A stretch of 64,000 bases of DNA from Mustelus asterias (Eukaryota). A model generated the notes under the pieces. It searched no databases and was not told where the DNA came from. It saw nothing but the letters and a program-made list of their open reading frames with translations. A program made the translations under genes and the position numbers. Below are positions 1 through 39,889 of this stretch, piece after piece (within the stretch, counting starts at the first letter, position 1; every line of letters begins with the position of its first letter). Where the stretch lies: contig NC_135811.1 of NCBI RefSeq assembly GCF_964213995.1, positions 94,922,001 to 94,986,000 of the forward strand. The letters are read 5' to 3'.

Positions 1-420
1 GAGCACCCAGAGGAAACCCACGCAGACACAGGGAAAATGTGCAAACTCCATACAACCACTCAAGGCCGGAATCCCTGGCACTGTGCACCATGCCGTCCAT
101 AATAAAAGTATTACCAGACGAAAATGTTAACTCTTTGAGCTACTTAAGGATATTAGGGTCAAGCTTGGTCAAAGAGCAGGGTTTAAGGAGTGTATTAAAG
201 GAGGAGAGAGAGGTGGGAAGGTTTAGGAATGGAATTCCCGAGTTTTCGGACCTAGACAGCTGAAGGCAAAGTCACCTATGTTGAAGGGTGGAGGAAATGA
301 GAGATGACCCAAGTGTCCAGACTTCGAGGAACAGAGTGGTTTGGGCTGAAGAAGGTTGTAGAGATAGGGAGGAGTGAGGCTTTAAAGGCAATGCTTTGTA
401 CACAATGGTCACAATCTGGG

Positions 421-720
421 GCCAGCACGGTGGCACAGTGGTTAGCACAACTGCCTCACAGCACCAGGGACCCGGGTTCAAATCACAGCTTGGGTCACTG
501 TGTGGAGTCTGCGCGTTCTCCCCGTGCCTGTGTGGATTTCCTCTGGGTGCTCCGGTTTCCTCCCACAGTCCGAAAGACGTGCTGGTTAGGTGCATTGGCC
601 ATTCTAAATTCTCCCTGGGTACCTGAACAGGCACCGGAGCGTGGCAACTGGGGGATTTTCACAGTAACTTCATTGCAGTGTTAACGTAAGCCTACTTGTG
701 ACAATGATAAAACTTTAAAC
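421..720 (+). mobile_element. tRNA-derived V-SINE (HE1-like), non-CR1 tail variant
   Basis: Head GCACGGTGGCACAGTGGTTAGCAC...GGTTCAAATC (A/B boxes), central GTTCTCCCCGTG..GTTTCCTCCCACAGTCC domain; over 20 related copies in window. Confidence 0.85.
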
Positions 721-1307
721 TATTCCTGATACCTTCTGCATTATAATTGAGTTACCCAATAACTTCACTTCCAAGTGCTCCAGTGAGACATTTATTAAAG
801 GTCCTAAACAAATTCAATAAATGTTCTATGAAGGCAGCACTGTGAAATATCAATCTGATTTCCAGCCGAGATAATGTTGACACCGATGATATACAGAATT
901 TAGCTATCATATGCATGGATTAGATAGTGAAATAATTTACCTAATTAACAGTCAGTAGAGCATTAAAGTTCCTCATTGTTATGATTCAAATTCAGGAGGC
1001 AGAATAGGTTGGCAAATAATTACCCTAAATACTAATTAAGTTATGTACAGGATTACATGGATTTGTCATTTGTGACTGCCTCTCTAGCCTGTCATTCTGA
1101 ATGTTTTATCGCCACTATGAAGTGCTGGGTAATTTCCACCACATTGAGCCTTCTAAATAAACATGCCCTGGACTTGGCAGAAAGCTCTACATTTCCCTAG
1201 GTCGTTCTCGATGCTTCTCGACGTTGCAAAAGTCGATGACTAGGAAACTAAGGGAAAGAGCGAGCTTGGAGGGCAGTTGTGCAGGGGAGAAATCCGGGGC
1301 TGGAGGA

Positions 1308-1518
1308 GGGGCGGGAGAAACATCGGGAAAGAGCAGCAGGGTTTAAAGGAGAAACATTGCCGAAGGGAGGGATCAGCTAAAAATAGCAGCATCTGTTTCT
1401 GCCTCGCACACTGGAACCAGGCACAGTCTCAACAAACTCCCCCAACTTGCCACTGAAGTTTTATTTTTATTTTTCTCTCTCCCTTTAGAAGTTTTGCTGG
1501 GAATTTATTGGTCAGCTG
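1308..1518 (+). promoter_or_regulatory. Putative proximal promoter/5' region of PTGES3L with GC box, MEF2 site and E-boxes
   Basis: GGGGCGGG at 1308-1315, CTAAAAATAG (MEF2 consensus) at 1377-1386, E-boxes CATCTG 1390-1395 and CAGCTG 1513-1518, all just upstream of ATG 1522. Confidence 0.55.
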
Positions 1519-1521
1519 ACT

Positions 1522-29098
<27,577 letters not shown>

Positions 29099-29389
29099 GG
29101 TAAGTTGAGGAAGAAGTGTAAAAGATAACACTTTTTTTTTGGCTGTCAGTGGTATGAAGACCATAAGATACAGGAACATTGAGGCCATTCGACCTGTCGA
29201 GTCTGCTCTGTCATTCAATCATGGCTGATGCTACTGCAGCACCCCAATTGGGACAGAGTGTAATTAAAGCCTAACAAGAATAAGACAACGGCCGGAATTC
29301 TCTGACCTCCCCCACAGCTGGGATTTTCCAGTCCCGCTGCAGTGAATGGAGATTATGGCTGAGCGAGACTGGAGAATTCTGGCCCATAA

Positions 29390-30745
29390 GATCTTAAGAA
29401 ATAGGAACAGGAGTAGGCCATTCAGCCCTTCACACCTGCTTCACCATTTAATAAGATCTTGGTTGATCTAAGACTCACTCAGTCCACTTTTCTGCCTTAT
29501 CTCCATAACCCTTAATTCCCCTATTGACTAAAAAATTATCGATCTCAGCCTTGAAAATATTCAAGGCCCGGCCTCCACAGCTTCCTGGGGTAAAGAATTC
29601 CAAAGATTCACCACTCTTTGAGAGAAGAAGTCCTTCATTAAATCAGTCTGAAATGAGCACTCCCTTATTCTGCGACTATGCCCTCTGGTCTACACTCTCC
29701 CATGAGTGGAAACATCCTCCCAACATTTACCCTGTCTAACCTCCTAAGAATCTTATATATTTTCAATTATATCGGTGGGGGGGGGGTGGGGGGAGGGGTC
29801 GGGTGGTGGTTTCCCATTCTGCCCACCATGGGAATCGTAGCAGGCGGGGGGTGGACCATGCAAAGGTCCATTGGCTTCAGGTGGGATTTTCCGTTTTTAC
29901 GGCGAGCGCGGCTGGAAAATCCAGCCCATCATCTCTCATCCTTTTGAACTCCAAGGTGTACAGACCCAACCTGTTCAATCTTTCCTCATATGGCAGTCCC
30001 TCCATTCCAAGGATCATCCTCATAAACCTCCTCAGTACTGCCTCCAGTGATAATACATCTTTCCTTAAATAAGGGGATCAAAACTGTACACTCTGTTCTA
30101 AAAGCAACCTCACTAGTACCTTGTTAAGTTATGGCAACACCTCTTTTCTTTTCCATTCCAGTCCTCTTGAAATGAAAACCAGCATTCCATTTGCCTTCCC
30201 TATTACCATCTGCACCTGTATGCGAGCTTTCTGGGTTTCATGAACAAGGATCCCCAAGTCCCTTTGTGCTACAACTTTCTGCAGTCTCTCTCCATTCAAA
30301 TAATAATCCGCCTTCTCATTCTTTCTTCCAAAATGGACAATCTCACATTTTTCCACATTGAATTACATTTGCCAATTTTCTGTCCGCTGACTTAACCGGT
30401 CAATGGGTGGAAGTTTACCGACACCTCCGCCCAAGGTTTGTACAATCCCGCCCAAGGCCAATGGGGAATGACGCTCTCCGAGCCTCGCCCGGCCTCGGAA
30501 TCGGGGCGTGCATGCCGGTAAAATTCAGGTCAATATCTCTCTGTAAACTATTTATATCCTCCTTACAACCTGCCTTCCCTCCCACCTTTGTATCATCTGC
30601 AAATTTGGCCCCACAATACTCTCTGTTCCTGCCTACAAATCATTAATATATATGGTGAAGAGCAGTGGTCCCAGCACTGATCCCTGTGACACTTCACTGG
30701 TTACTGCCCTCCAACCTGAGAAAGACCCCCTTATTGCTACACGCT
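29390..30745 (-). mobile_element. CR1 LINE with two inserted MITEs (about 29774-29927 and 30404-30531)
   Basis: EKCEIVHFGRKN..QRDLGILVHE; the inserts are flanked by 3-bp duplications ATC and AAT. Confidence 0.85.
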
Positions 30746-31353
30746 ATTTACATAGGGAGATTCCAGTCAAAATGAAGGCATAGGTATTTTTAAAGGAAAA
30801 AGTTAACAAGAAGCACATTCTGACATCAACTTTTTAATAGAAGAAGTTAATCTAGTGAGAACATCTTGTAGTTGATTCTGCTTTTATGGATTCTGCATTG
30901 TACTTAGTTGCGCAAGATGTTTTAGATTTCCTTACAAAACATGATTATCACTTTCTTTCAGCATTCTATAAAGTTAAAGCTTGTGCTTAAATGGACGAAA
31001 AGGAAATGTAATGTCATAAGTTGCACTCATTCACTACAGCAAATATAGAACACTTGGCTGAAACCTATATACTTATCTATCTGATGGAATGTACTCTTGA
31101 CTCACCCCTACTGGGTTGGTTAAATCTCTTCCCACTTAACAAATGGGAAGAAGAAAAGAAACTAAGGCTTTGAATTAGAGAATGATCCCATGTGTGAAAG
31201 GGAGATGACCATTACTATCTCATTTCAATAAGCTCTCTGATGCAAGACTGATTTTGTCTTGAAGTATTTGCATGCACATTCCATTCAAAAAGTCCGATGC
31301 ACTCAATGGGCGGAGTTCTCCCATCCTGCCCACAGTGGGTTTGGTGGGAGGTG

Positions 31354-31928
31354 AACAAAGAACAAAGAAAACTACAGCACAGGGATAGGCCCTTCAGCCC
31401 TCCAAGCCTGCACTGATCATGCTACCCGACTGAACTAAAACCCCCTACCCTTCCAGGGACTGTATCCCTCGATTCCCATCCTATTCATGTATTTGTCAAG
31501 ATGCCCCTTAAAAGTCACTATCGTATCTGCTTCCACTACCTCCCCCGGCAATGAGTTCCAGGCACCCAGCACCCTCTGTGTACAAAACTTGCCCTGTACA
31601 TCTCCTTTAAACTTTGCCCCTTGCACCTTAAACCTATGCCTCCCGTAATTGACTCTTCCACCCTGGGAAAAAGCTTCTGACTATCCACTCTGTCCGTGCC
31701 CCTCATAACCTTGTAGACTTCTATCAGGTCGCCCCTCAAACTCCGTCGTTCCATTGAGAACAAACCAAGTCTCTCCAACCTCTCCTCATAGCTAATGCCC
31801 TCCATACCAGGCAGCATCCTGGTAAATCTTTTCTGTACCCTCTCCAAAGCCTCCACATCCTTCTGGTAATATGGCGACCAGAATTGAATGCTATATTCCA
31901 AGTGCGGTCTAACTAAGGTTCTATAAAG
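31354..31928 (-). mobile_element. 5'-truncated CR1
   Basis: LYRTLVRPHLEYSIQFWSP..., (TTTGTTC) tail. Confidence 0.9.
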
Positions 31929-32719
31929 AGAGTCTAATTGGAAACTCATCGGTGTAAAATCACTTTGCAATTCTCCCAACAGCAGGTTAACGGCAGGTCG
32001 TTCTTCCTGCTGGCTAGTGGCATGAATGCAATTTGCATTCATTTGCATCTCATGGATGCTCATTAAACAGCTGCTTGCTGGCATCCCATCTTTGAGGTGA
32101 GTGCAACTACTTTCTGCCAGAGAACTGCACTACTCATGATGCACTGTACATCACTGTACTGGGGCAAACCGGTTCCTGCCCTCCATCTTCATGCTGAGCT
32201 GGTCTTTGTGGACAGCACCGTGCTGCTGGATCCATGGATCCTCCTGTGTGACTGGGTTGGATAAATACTGTGCCTGGGGTTAGGGAGTACAGGAGTCTCC
32301 ATCCCCCTGGTGCCACACACCAATGTCTTTTTGGACAGCACCGTGTTGCAAGACTCATGCAGCCACCGCAACAAAGGTCTGATGTTCGACAGACGGTGGC
32401 GGAGTGGTGGCCTGAAGAAGATAAGAAAGATAATGTGGAAGGAGGATGAGGGGGAAGGGTGAAGGCTCATGAAGGCAGGCAGAGGGGCAAGGAGGTGGAT
32501 GAAACAGTGGAAGACAGAAGGAAGACTGAGGGGAGGGAAGCTAGACCCCAACAAAGGGGTCAAAGGGGTACCACATTGTTTACTGGAAGGGGAAGGGTGA
32601 AGACTCCAGATGCAGAGGGTAGTGGTCCAAGTGGGGCATGGGTGCCTTGCAAGTGATGGGCTTAGGGGGTGAGTGGTTGAGTCAAGGAACAGATTTCTCC
32701 TTGAGGCTGTTCGACAGGT

Positions 32720-33042
32720 TCTCATAGGTTCTCATAGAATCCCTGTGGTGTAGTTGGAAACCATTCAGCCCATCGAGTCTGCACTGATTCTCTGACAAGA
32801 GTATCTTGCTCAGGACCTCCTCCCCACCTTATACCCATAACCCCACACATTTAACATGGCCCAATCCATCTAACCTGCACACCTTTGGACTTTGGGAGGA
32901 AACTGGAGAACCCGGAGGAAACCCACGCAGACAGGGGGAGAACGTGCAAACTCCACACAGACAGTTACCCAAGGCCGAAATTGAACCCACGTCCCTGGCA
33001 CCGTGAGGCAGCAGTGCTAACCACTGTACCACCATGCCGCCC
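32720..33042 (-). mobile_element. V-SINE
   Basis: Similarity to other copies. Confidence 0.82.
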
Positions 33043-33806
33043 TGGGTTGCTACATCCTACGCAGTCTGATGAAGACAGGTGGGCTGGAGAGAATTGTATC
33101 AGCGTGCTGGACTGGTGTTTAAATATAGTGCCAGGACTTTGGAATGCACCAACTGACTGCGGGTGGACAAATCAGCTACTGGCCCACCAGGCGATTCGGA
33201 GGGGATCTCGCCTGTGCGTAACTAATGGGGTTCCAAATGCAGAATCTGATGCAGGATTCCATCATTCTAGCCAACGGGAAAGGCTGCCTGCCTCTGCACT
33301 TAGCCTCAAAATGGGAGAATTCCACCCAATATATAAAGCTGAAATTTAAGAACTGTTTTTCTTCTAAAAAATAATCTTTGGAAGCCGCAAAGAAGGTTCA
33401 TTCTGGGAAGCATTAATAATGCTCATTCCTGACCAAGGCAGGTACATTTTGTGAAATCCCTCTTGAGGATAGTTATCAGTGAATCATCATCAAATGATCC
33501 TAACTAACCCACACAAACTCTCCTCCAATACACCCAATTGTATTGAAGTGGAGATAAAGATGAATTAGAAAAATGTCAAAATATTGGCTTAAACTTTTGC
33601 ATATTTCTCTTCTCAAATTGCTGAACCCTTATCCCTTTTTTCAAATTTAAGAAATTAACCATAATTTATGAACGTTTCTATATATCTGTCAATAATTGTG
33701 AAAATATTGGCACGGAGCAGAAAATCAATCATTTTATTAATTTGCTAAGCATTTACAAGACAATGGCAATTCTGAACTCTATTTATTTATTTTCAAACAA
33801 CTCCAG

Positions 33807-34200
33807 AGTTATGGTCAGAGAAGGACAGCAACAGCACGAAACTGGAAGAATCTACAAAGGATTCCAAGATCCTGGCAGAGCAAACAGTGTGAATGCCATC
33901 AATTTTTGTACTGAACTTTTCAACCTACTATGAAAGTGTTTTTGCTCAATAGCAGCTACTGTACATTGGCAGATTGCCTGGTTTTTTTTAGTTAAATTAT
34001 TGGATGCCTTTAAAGTGTAAGAGAAAATGGTAAAATCCGTACTGGTTAGTCCATGTCTTGAGACTGTTTCTATATCTGGGACCTGGGTTGCACTACACCA
34101 GTCTAATAAAGGAATGTATAAGAAGAGCCTCTTTAGTGTAAGGTGACTTTTTTGAAAGGATATTCTGATACATAAATAAATGACTAGAAAACATTCGGAC
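33807..34200 (+). other. Candidate terminal (3' UTR) exon of PTGES3L
   Basis: Non-repeat sequence with ctccAG acceptor at 33805-33806 and AATAAA at 34105 and 34175; another candidate acceptor exists at 30960-30961. Confidence 0.3.
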
Positions 34201-34559
34201 TGATAATTCTTGGGTGCTGACATTTTTAGCATTCACAATTGATAAGATGCAATTAGAGACTTAAAACTGATTATAGCCAAATCAAATTGAGAATAGTGAG
34301 TTTAATATATTTCAGAAATTGTTTTTTTCTTTTACTACCCACCCATAAGCAGAAAGGTCTTTTTGATTTTTGATTTCCCCTTTTATAAGTACTTTCCCAA
34401 CTCTTCAGTTTTGGAGTCATCCAATCCTCTATTAATGACCCCACAACAAACTCGAGATAAGGTAAAATAAGGGGATTGGTTTATTTTACACACACAAAAT
34501 GTGAGAAGGGGTTTCATAACATTGCCCTCTTTTGCATTCATACAATAAAAGAGGGATTT

Positions 34560-34940
34560 TTAAAAATTCATTTGTGGAACATGGGTGTTGCTTGCTGGCC
34601 AGCATTTATTGCCCATCCCTAGTTGCCCTTGAATTGAATGGCTTTGCTAGGTTATTTTAGAGGGCAGTTGAGAGTCAACCACATTGTTGTGGCTCTGGAG
34701 TCACATGTGGACCAGACCAGGTAAGGACGGCAGATTTCCTTCCCTAAAGGACATTAGTGAACCAGATGGGTTTTTATGACAATTGACAAAGGTTTCATGA
34801 TCATCAGTAGATTCTTAATTCCAGATTTTTTTTATTGAATTCAAATTCTACCACCTGCCATGGCAGGATTCGAACCCAGGTCCCCAGAAAGTTTTTTGAT
34901 TAATAGTCTAGCAATACCACTAAGCCATTATCTCCCCAAT
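34560..34940 (-). mobile_element. tRNA-derived SINE, second family
   Basis: Reverse complement of 2168-2556. Confidence 0.78.
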
Positions 34941-35551
34941 AAGGGAAAGAAAGGGGTTTCAGGGCAAAACCACAATAAAAATAAGAGTTGTGGGTCAATG
35001 TCCAATGAAGGTTCTTTCAGATGGCTTTGGTAGAATTCTTGGTCTTGGTCCTAGGAACTCGGTTGATCGTTGAGTCCATTGAAGATGCAGCAATGTAATC
35101 TTGTATCTTGGGAATTATTCACTCAGTCGGCAAAATACTGGATTCTTTCTAGAGATCCGACTTTGGGAGAGATGGAAGTCAAAGGCAGGCTATTAGCCTA
35201 GACTCCAGATGTCTTATTGGAGGTTTAATCGCAACTGAAGATAAAACCCAATGAAGTTAAAGCCTCCCATTATAACCAAATCATTTCTACTAGATACTTG
35301 TCTGGTCTCTGTACTTATACATTGCCCATTGTCAGCAGGTCATTAGATAACTTTCATCATCTTTGTTGTTCCTTAGTTCCAACTATACTGTTTCCACTGC
35401 TTGTTTACCCTTATTTTCTTTCCATTACCTTGATGTTGTATTTGATCATATATTTCTACTTCTCCCCTATTTCCTAATGTTCTGGCCCTTTTTGAAGATT
35501 CTGTACACTGGGATACTAAGCTTGGAATCTTGTCTAGTTTGGGTCTCTGTA

Positions 35552-35804
35552 GCCAAAAGAGAAAATGTTGGAAAATCTCAGCAGGTCTGGCAGCATCTGC
35601 AAGGAGAGAAAAGAGCTGACGTTTCGAGTCCAGATGACCCTTTGTCAAAGCTTTGTAATAAAGTAATAAAGCTTTGACAAAGGGTCATCTGGACTCGAAA
35701 TGTCAGCTCTTTTCTCTCCTTACAGATGCTGCCAGACCTGCTGAGATTTTCCAGCGTTTTCTCTTTTGGTTTCAGATTCCAGTACCCGCAGTAATTTGCT
35801 TTTC
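35552..35804. mobile_element. Palindromic Penelope-derived mini-element
   Basis: About 100-bp inverted arms, hammerhead-like motif in each arm, 13-bp TSD TTGGGTCT(C/T)TGTA; related fragments at 20910, 37110, 49020, 60465 and 61175. Confidence 0.75.
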
Positions 35805-36372
35805 TTGGGTCTTTGTAAGTTTCTGTAACACCACTACATCATGCCCTGCCTGTTGTTCAAACCCATTTGACTTATTTCTAAAAATTTGATTTGATTTGAC
35901 TCATTATTGTTACGTGTATTGGTATTCGGTGAAAAGCATGTTTCTTGAATGCTATACAGGCTAAGCATACCATTCATAGAGTGCCCAAGGGAGAAGGAAA
36001 GGAGAGAGTGCAGAATGTAGTGTTACAGTCAAAGCTAGGGTGTAGAGAAAGATCAACTTAAAATAATATGTACGTTTGCATATATAACCCATATTTGGGC
36101 AACTGATTCTACCTTATCCATATGTCAATATATATTTCTCACATCTTTGACCTATTGCACATTTGGTTACTAATGTTCTACATATTATAGAGATAACAAC
36201 AATATGCATTTATATTACTGTAATAAAATAGTTCACAGAAGTAATAAAGCAAAATTTGACACCTAAGATATTAGGTGGCTTGGCTAACAGCTTGCTCAAA
36301 GAGATAGGTTTTAGAAAAGTCGTTATATAGTCATTTAGTAGTACAGAACTTGAGTATTGCTGAAAGATGATA

Positions 36373-36925
36373 CATGCCATCAAAGCTTTATGTCTTGCAC
36401 TCATCAGAATAGCTCATAAGAAATAACCACACTGTAAAAGGGAACAACAACTAATACTGCCTCAGAATAGAGTGGTGCTGATTGGTCTAAGAAAATAAAA
36501 ATAAAGTCCCCTTGCCAACCAATCAGCACTCTCTTCTCAGCATATAAGTTGTTGTTCGCCTGTTAGGACTGTGGCACAGTGGTTGACAATGCTGCCTCAC
36601 AGCGCCAGGGACCCAGGTTCGATTCCCGGCTTGGGTCACTGTGCAGAGTTTGCACGTTCTCCCTGTGTCTGCGTGGGTTTCCTCCAGGTGCTCCTGTTTC
36701 CTCCCACAATCTGAACGACGTGCTGGTTAGGTGCATTGGCCATGCCGGATTCTCTCTCAGTGTACCCGAACAGGCGCTGGAGTGTGGCAACTCAGGGATT
36801 TTCCCTGGAACTTCATTACAGTGTTAATGTAAGCCTACTTGTGACAGTAATAAATAAACTTCTAAACAGTTTGGTAATTTGTTGCCAGCTAGCCTGATGA
36901 GTGAAAGATGAAAAGTTTTGATAGT
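36373..36925. mobile_element. Palindromic Penelope-like remnant interrupted by a V-SINE (36565-36862, +)
   Basis: Inverted arms around 36500; CTGATGAGTG..GAAA hammerhead-like motifs at both ends. Confidence 0.55.
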
Positions 36926-38257
36926 CTGGGTGGGATTTTACAGCCTTCCTGGTCCAGAAACCGTAAAATTCTGCCTGAAGTCAACGGACCTTTCCGTGAT
37001 CCACCCCCGCCCGCTCCCATTCTTTTGGCGGGGCAATAAAATTCTCACCCATGTCTTTTTTTTCAGCCACAACAAAAGGAGGAAAGAGAAGTGGGGAAGG
37101 CAAAGACAAAAACAGAAAATGGTGGAAAATCTCTGGGTGCCAGACTCGAAACGTTGGCTCTATTCTCTCGCCACAGATGCTGTCAGCCCTGCTGAGATTT
37201 TCCAGCATTTTCCGTTTTTGTTTCAGAGTCCAGCATCCGCAATGTTGTGCTATTATCTGGAACGGCAAAGAGACTTGGAGAGGGAATTACAAAGTCTGGT
37301 GCCCTAGGCAGCTGATGGCGTGGCCACAAATGGTGGAGCAACTAAAATCGGGGATGCTCAGGAGGCCAGGGTTACATGAACATCCTGGAAGTTTTCAGGG
37401 CTGGAGGAACTCACGGAGAAAAGGAGGGATGAGACAATGGAAGGAGTTGAAAAGAAGGGTGACAGTTTTATATTGAGTCTTTGTTTGACCAGGAACTGAT
37501 TCTTTTTTTTATCGCTCCTCCTTTATTCTTAATGGATATTTTATTTCTTCCTGTAAGCTTTTGTTCTCAAAGTATTTCAATTATCTTTATCTCATTTTGT
37601 ACTCTGACCCCCATACAATCCAGAAATGAATACACTCTGGAGATAAATATGAAAGGGTTGTGCTCCTTTTATAGATGAATACATCAATGGCTTATTTGTT
37701 TTATTCGTATTCGTATTTATTTTAACGTAATCTATTATTTCCCATAAGAAATTAGTCAGCGGTTTTGATGTTGGCTAAATGAGCGATTTCTGTTAAGGAT
37801 CCTGGACAGTGCTGTGATTGCCTGGCTGAGGTTTATGAAAAGGGATTTCATGTGGTTTTCGCACCAATTCCTTTGTTCCAAATCCTTGACTTTCTAGCCT
37901 GGGCAGGGAGAAGCAGAAAGTGTACATTTTTCTTTGTGGAACATGGGGACCATTTCATCTGGGCAATAATTTTAAGCTTTGTAATCTGAAACACCTCTCA
38001 CGGCAGCCTTGCGCGTCATCAGGTTCGTAGCTGCGCGGGCCTCCTGTTTTTCTCCAGGGAAAGATAATAATACACAAAATAAAAGTGAAAACTTTAATCG
38101 CATGCAACTTCATTTAGGCGCAGCCAGAGTCAGGAGGCTGGGTTGGGTTAGGTTGTCACCAGCACTTAGGCTTTCTTCCTTTGTGAAAGAGGACAAGTTT
38201 GTGTTACTGAGGCATTGTACATACATCTGACACAATGCTAAAATAGAATGCATACTC

Positions 38258-38877
38258 TTGCGACTCGGCCAACGTTGTCTACCTGATACGCTGCAGGAAA
38301 GGATGTCTCGAGGCATGGTACACCGGCGAGACCGTGCAGACGCTACGACAGTGGATGAATGGACACCGCTCGACAATCACCGGGCAGGAGTGTTCCCTTC
38401 CTGTCGGGGAACACTTCAGCAGTCAAGGACATTCAGCCTCTGATCTTCAGGTAAGCGTTCTCCAAGGCGGCCTTCAAGACACACGACAACGCAGAATCGC
38501 CGAGCAGAAACTGATAGCCAAGTTCCACACACATGAGGACAGCCTCAATGGGGATCTTGGGTTCATGTCACACTGTCTGTAACCTCCATGACTTGCCTGG
38601 GCTTGCAAAATCTCACTAACTGTCCTGGCTTGAGACAATTCACAACTCCTTAACCTGTGATTAAACCTCTTTCCACTCACCTTGTCTGTACCTGTAAAGA
38701 CTTGATTACCTGTTTAGACTCGCATTCCATCTATTATCTTGTAATTGAGTTTGTGTCTATATATGCCCTGTTTGTGAACCCAACTCCCACTCACCTGATG
38801 AAGGGGCAGCACTCTGAAAGCTCGTGCTACCAGATAAACCTGTTGGACTTTAATCTGGTGTTGTGAGACTTCTTACT
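38258..38877 (+). mobile_element. Penelope-like element, 3' fragment with GIY-YIG remnant
   Basis: TLRQWMNGHRSTI..PVGEHFS..EQKLIAKF; same family as 18472-19982. Confidence 0.88.
38792..38826 (+). ncRNA. Minimal hammerhead ribozyme motif
   Basis: CAC-CTGATGA-A-GGGGC(AGC)ACTCT-GAAA-GCTC-GTG; stem I CAC/GTG, weakened stem II. Confidence 0.55.
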
Positions 38878-39633
38878 AAAATAGAGAGGAATGTAAGGAC
38901 AGTGGCTTGAAAAGCAGAATTCCAGCAATATTTTTCTAAGTTTGGCTGTAATGCTAAATAGTAGAGTTATCAATGCTCATGGACATTTGTGCTTGGAATT
39001 CATTATAGCCTAAGAATCAGAAAATTCCACATGATGAAAGATATTTCCTAAATCTGATGAATTTCCATCTCAATCAAGTGTGGATTTACACTAAGAGCTT
39101 GGGCCTCAAGGTTAATTTACACCATAACTGCACTCAATGTAAATCAAAGCATTTTTGCACCAATTTGACAACTGTGGTGTAAATGCAACCTGATTTTTTT
39201 TTCTGTGAAAACTACCAAGGTACTTGAGTCCAAGCTAAGATAGCTTAATATTGCTGGAACCAACTCCTTATTATGTTCTGCATGTATATGTTTAAAATCT
39301 GTCTCAGACTCAATCTTGGATGACTAATGACTTGGCAAGAGTTTGTCAACATTACCTCAGTGGGGAATGTGGCCCTGACTACAGTCAGCTATATTTTCTG
39401 CTCCTCAACCCACACTTTTTCTTTTTTGAGACCTCATGATTTTCCTCAACCATTCCGCTTGCTGGCACCATTCCTCAGCAGCCAGTTTGATGCTGCTCCT
39501 GCGCACTAAGGAAAGCATTAGCAAAAAACGCTAGGCCATGCAAGTTAAAAAAAACTTATTTAACTACAGCAGGAAAAGTCTGGATAACCCAGAACTCAAT
39601 TGGGAACCAATATTACGAATCTTTAATTTATAG

Positions 39634-39744
39634 TGTGGCGATGCCGGCGTTGGACTGGGGTGGGCACAGTAAGAAGTCTCACAACACCAGGTTAAAGTCC
39701 AAATAAACCTGTTGGACTTTAACCTGGTGATGAGAGACTTTTTA
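39634..39744. mobile_element. 111-bp hairpin Penelope derivative
   Basis: Terminal pLTR sequence in inverted arrangement; 13-bp TSD CTTTAATTTATAG (39621-39633, 39745-39757). Confidence 0.8.
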
Positions 39745-39889
39745 CTTTAATTTATAGAAAACATAGGATATGCAATCAATTTATACATGCTTTACATCAG
39801 TTATCAATAGTACCTTATTTGAAAGCAGTTTTAGAACGTACTTGTTTCATTTCATTGCTTCCAAGAGAATATGTTTTTTTATATTTTAT

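Larger units (their letters stand above)
31308..33327. mobile_element. Non-autonomous PIF/Harbinger-like DNA transposon containing nested CR1 and V-SINE
   Basis: 17-bp TIRs GGGCGGAGTTCTCCCAT / ATGGGAGAATTCCACCC (15/17 match), AAT TSD on both sides. Confidence 0.7.

Noticed and set aside
421-500. tRNA genes suggested by A/B boxes
   Set aside because: They are SINE heads that continue into repeat bodies and recur many times; no convincing cloverleaf
33807-33892. 28-codon extension ELWSEKDSNS... beyond the exon 7 stop (stop read-through)
   Set aside because: The exon itself is unconfirmed and another frame is open for a similar length, so there is no real coding signal
36891-36920. Additional hammerhead at CTGATGAGTGAAAGATGAAA
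   Set aside because: Stems II and III are degraded, and related copies near 36385 and 49415 have lost GAAA; treated as relics
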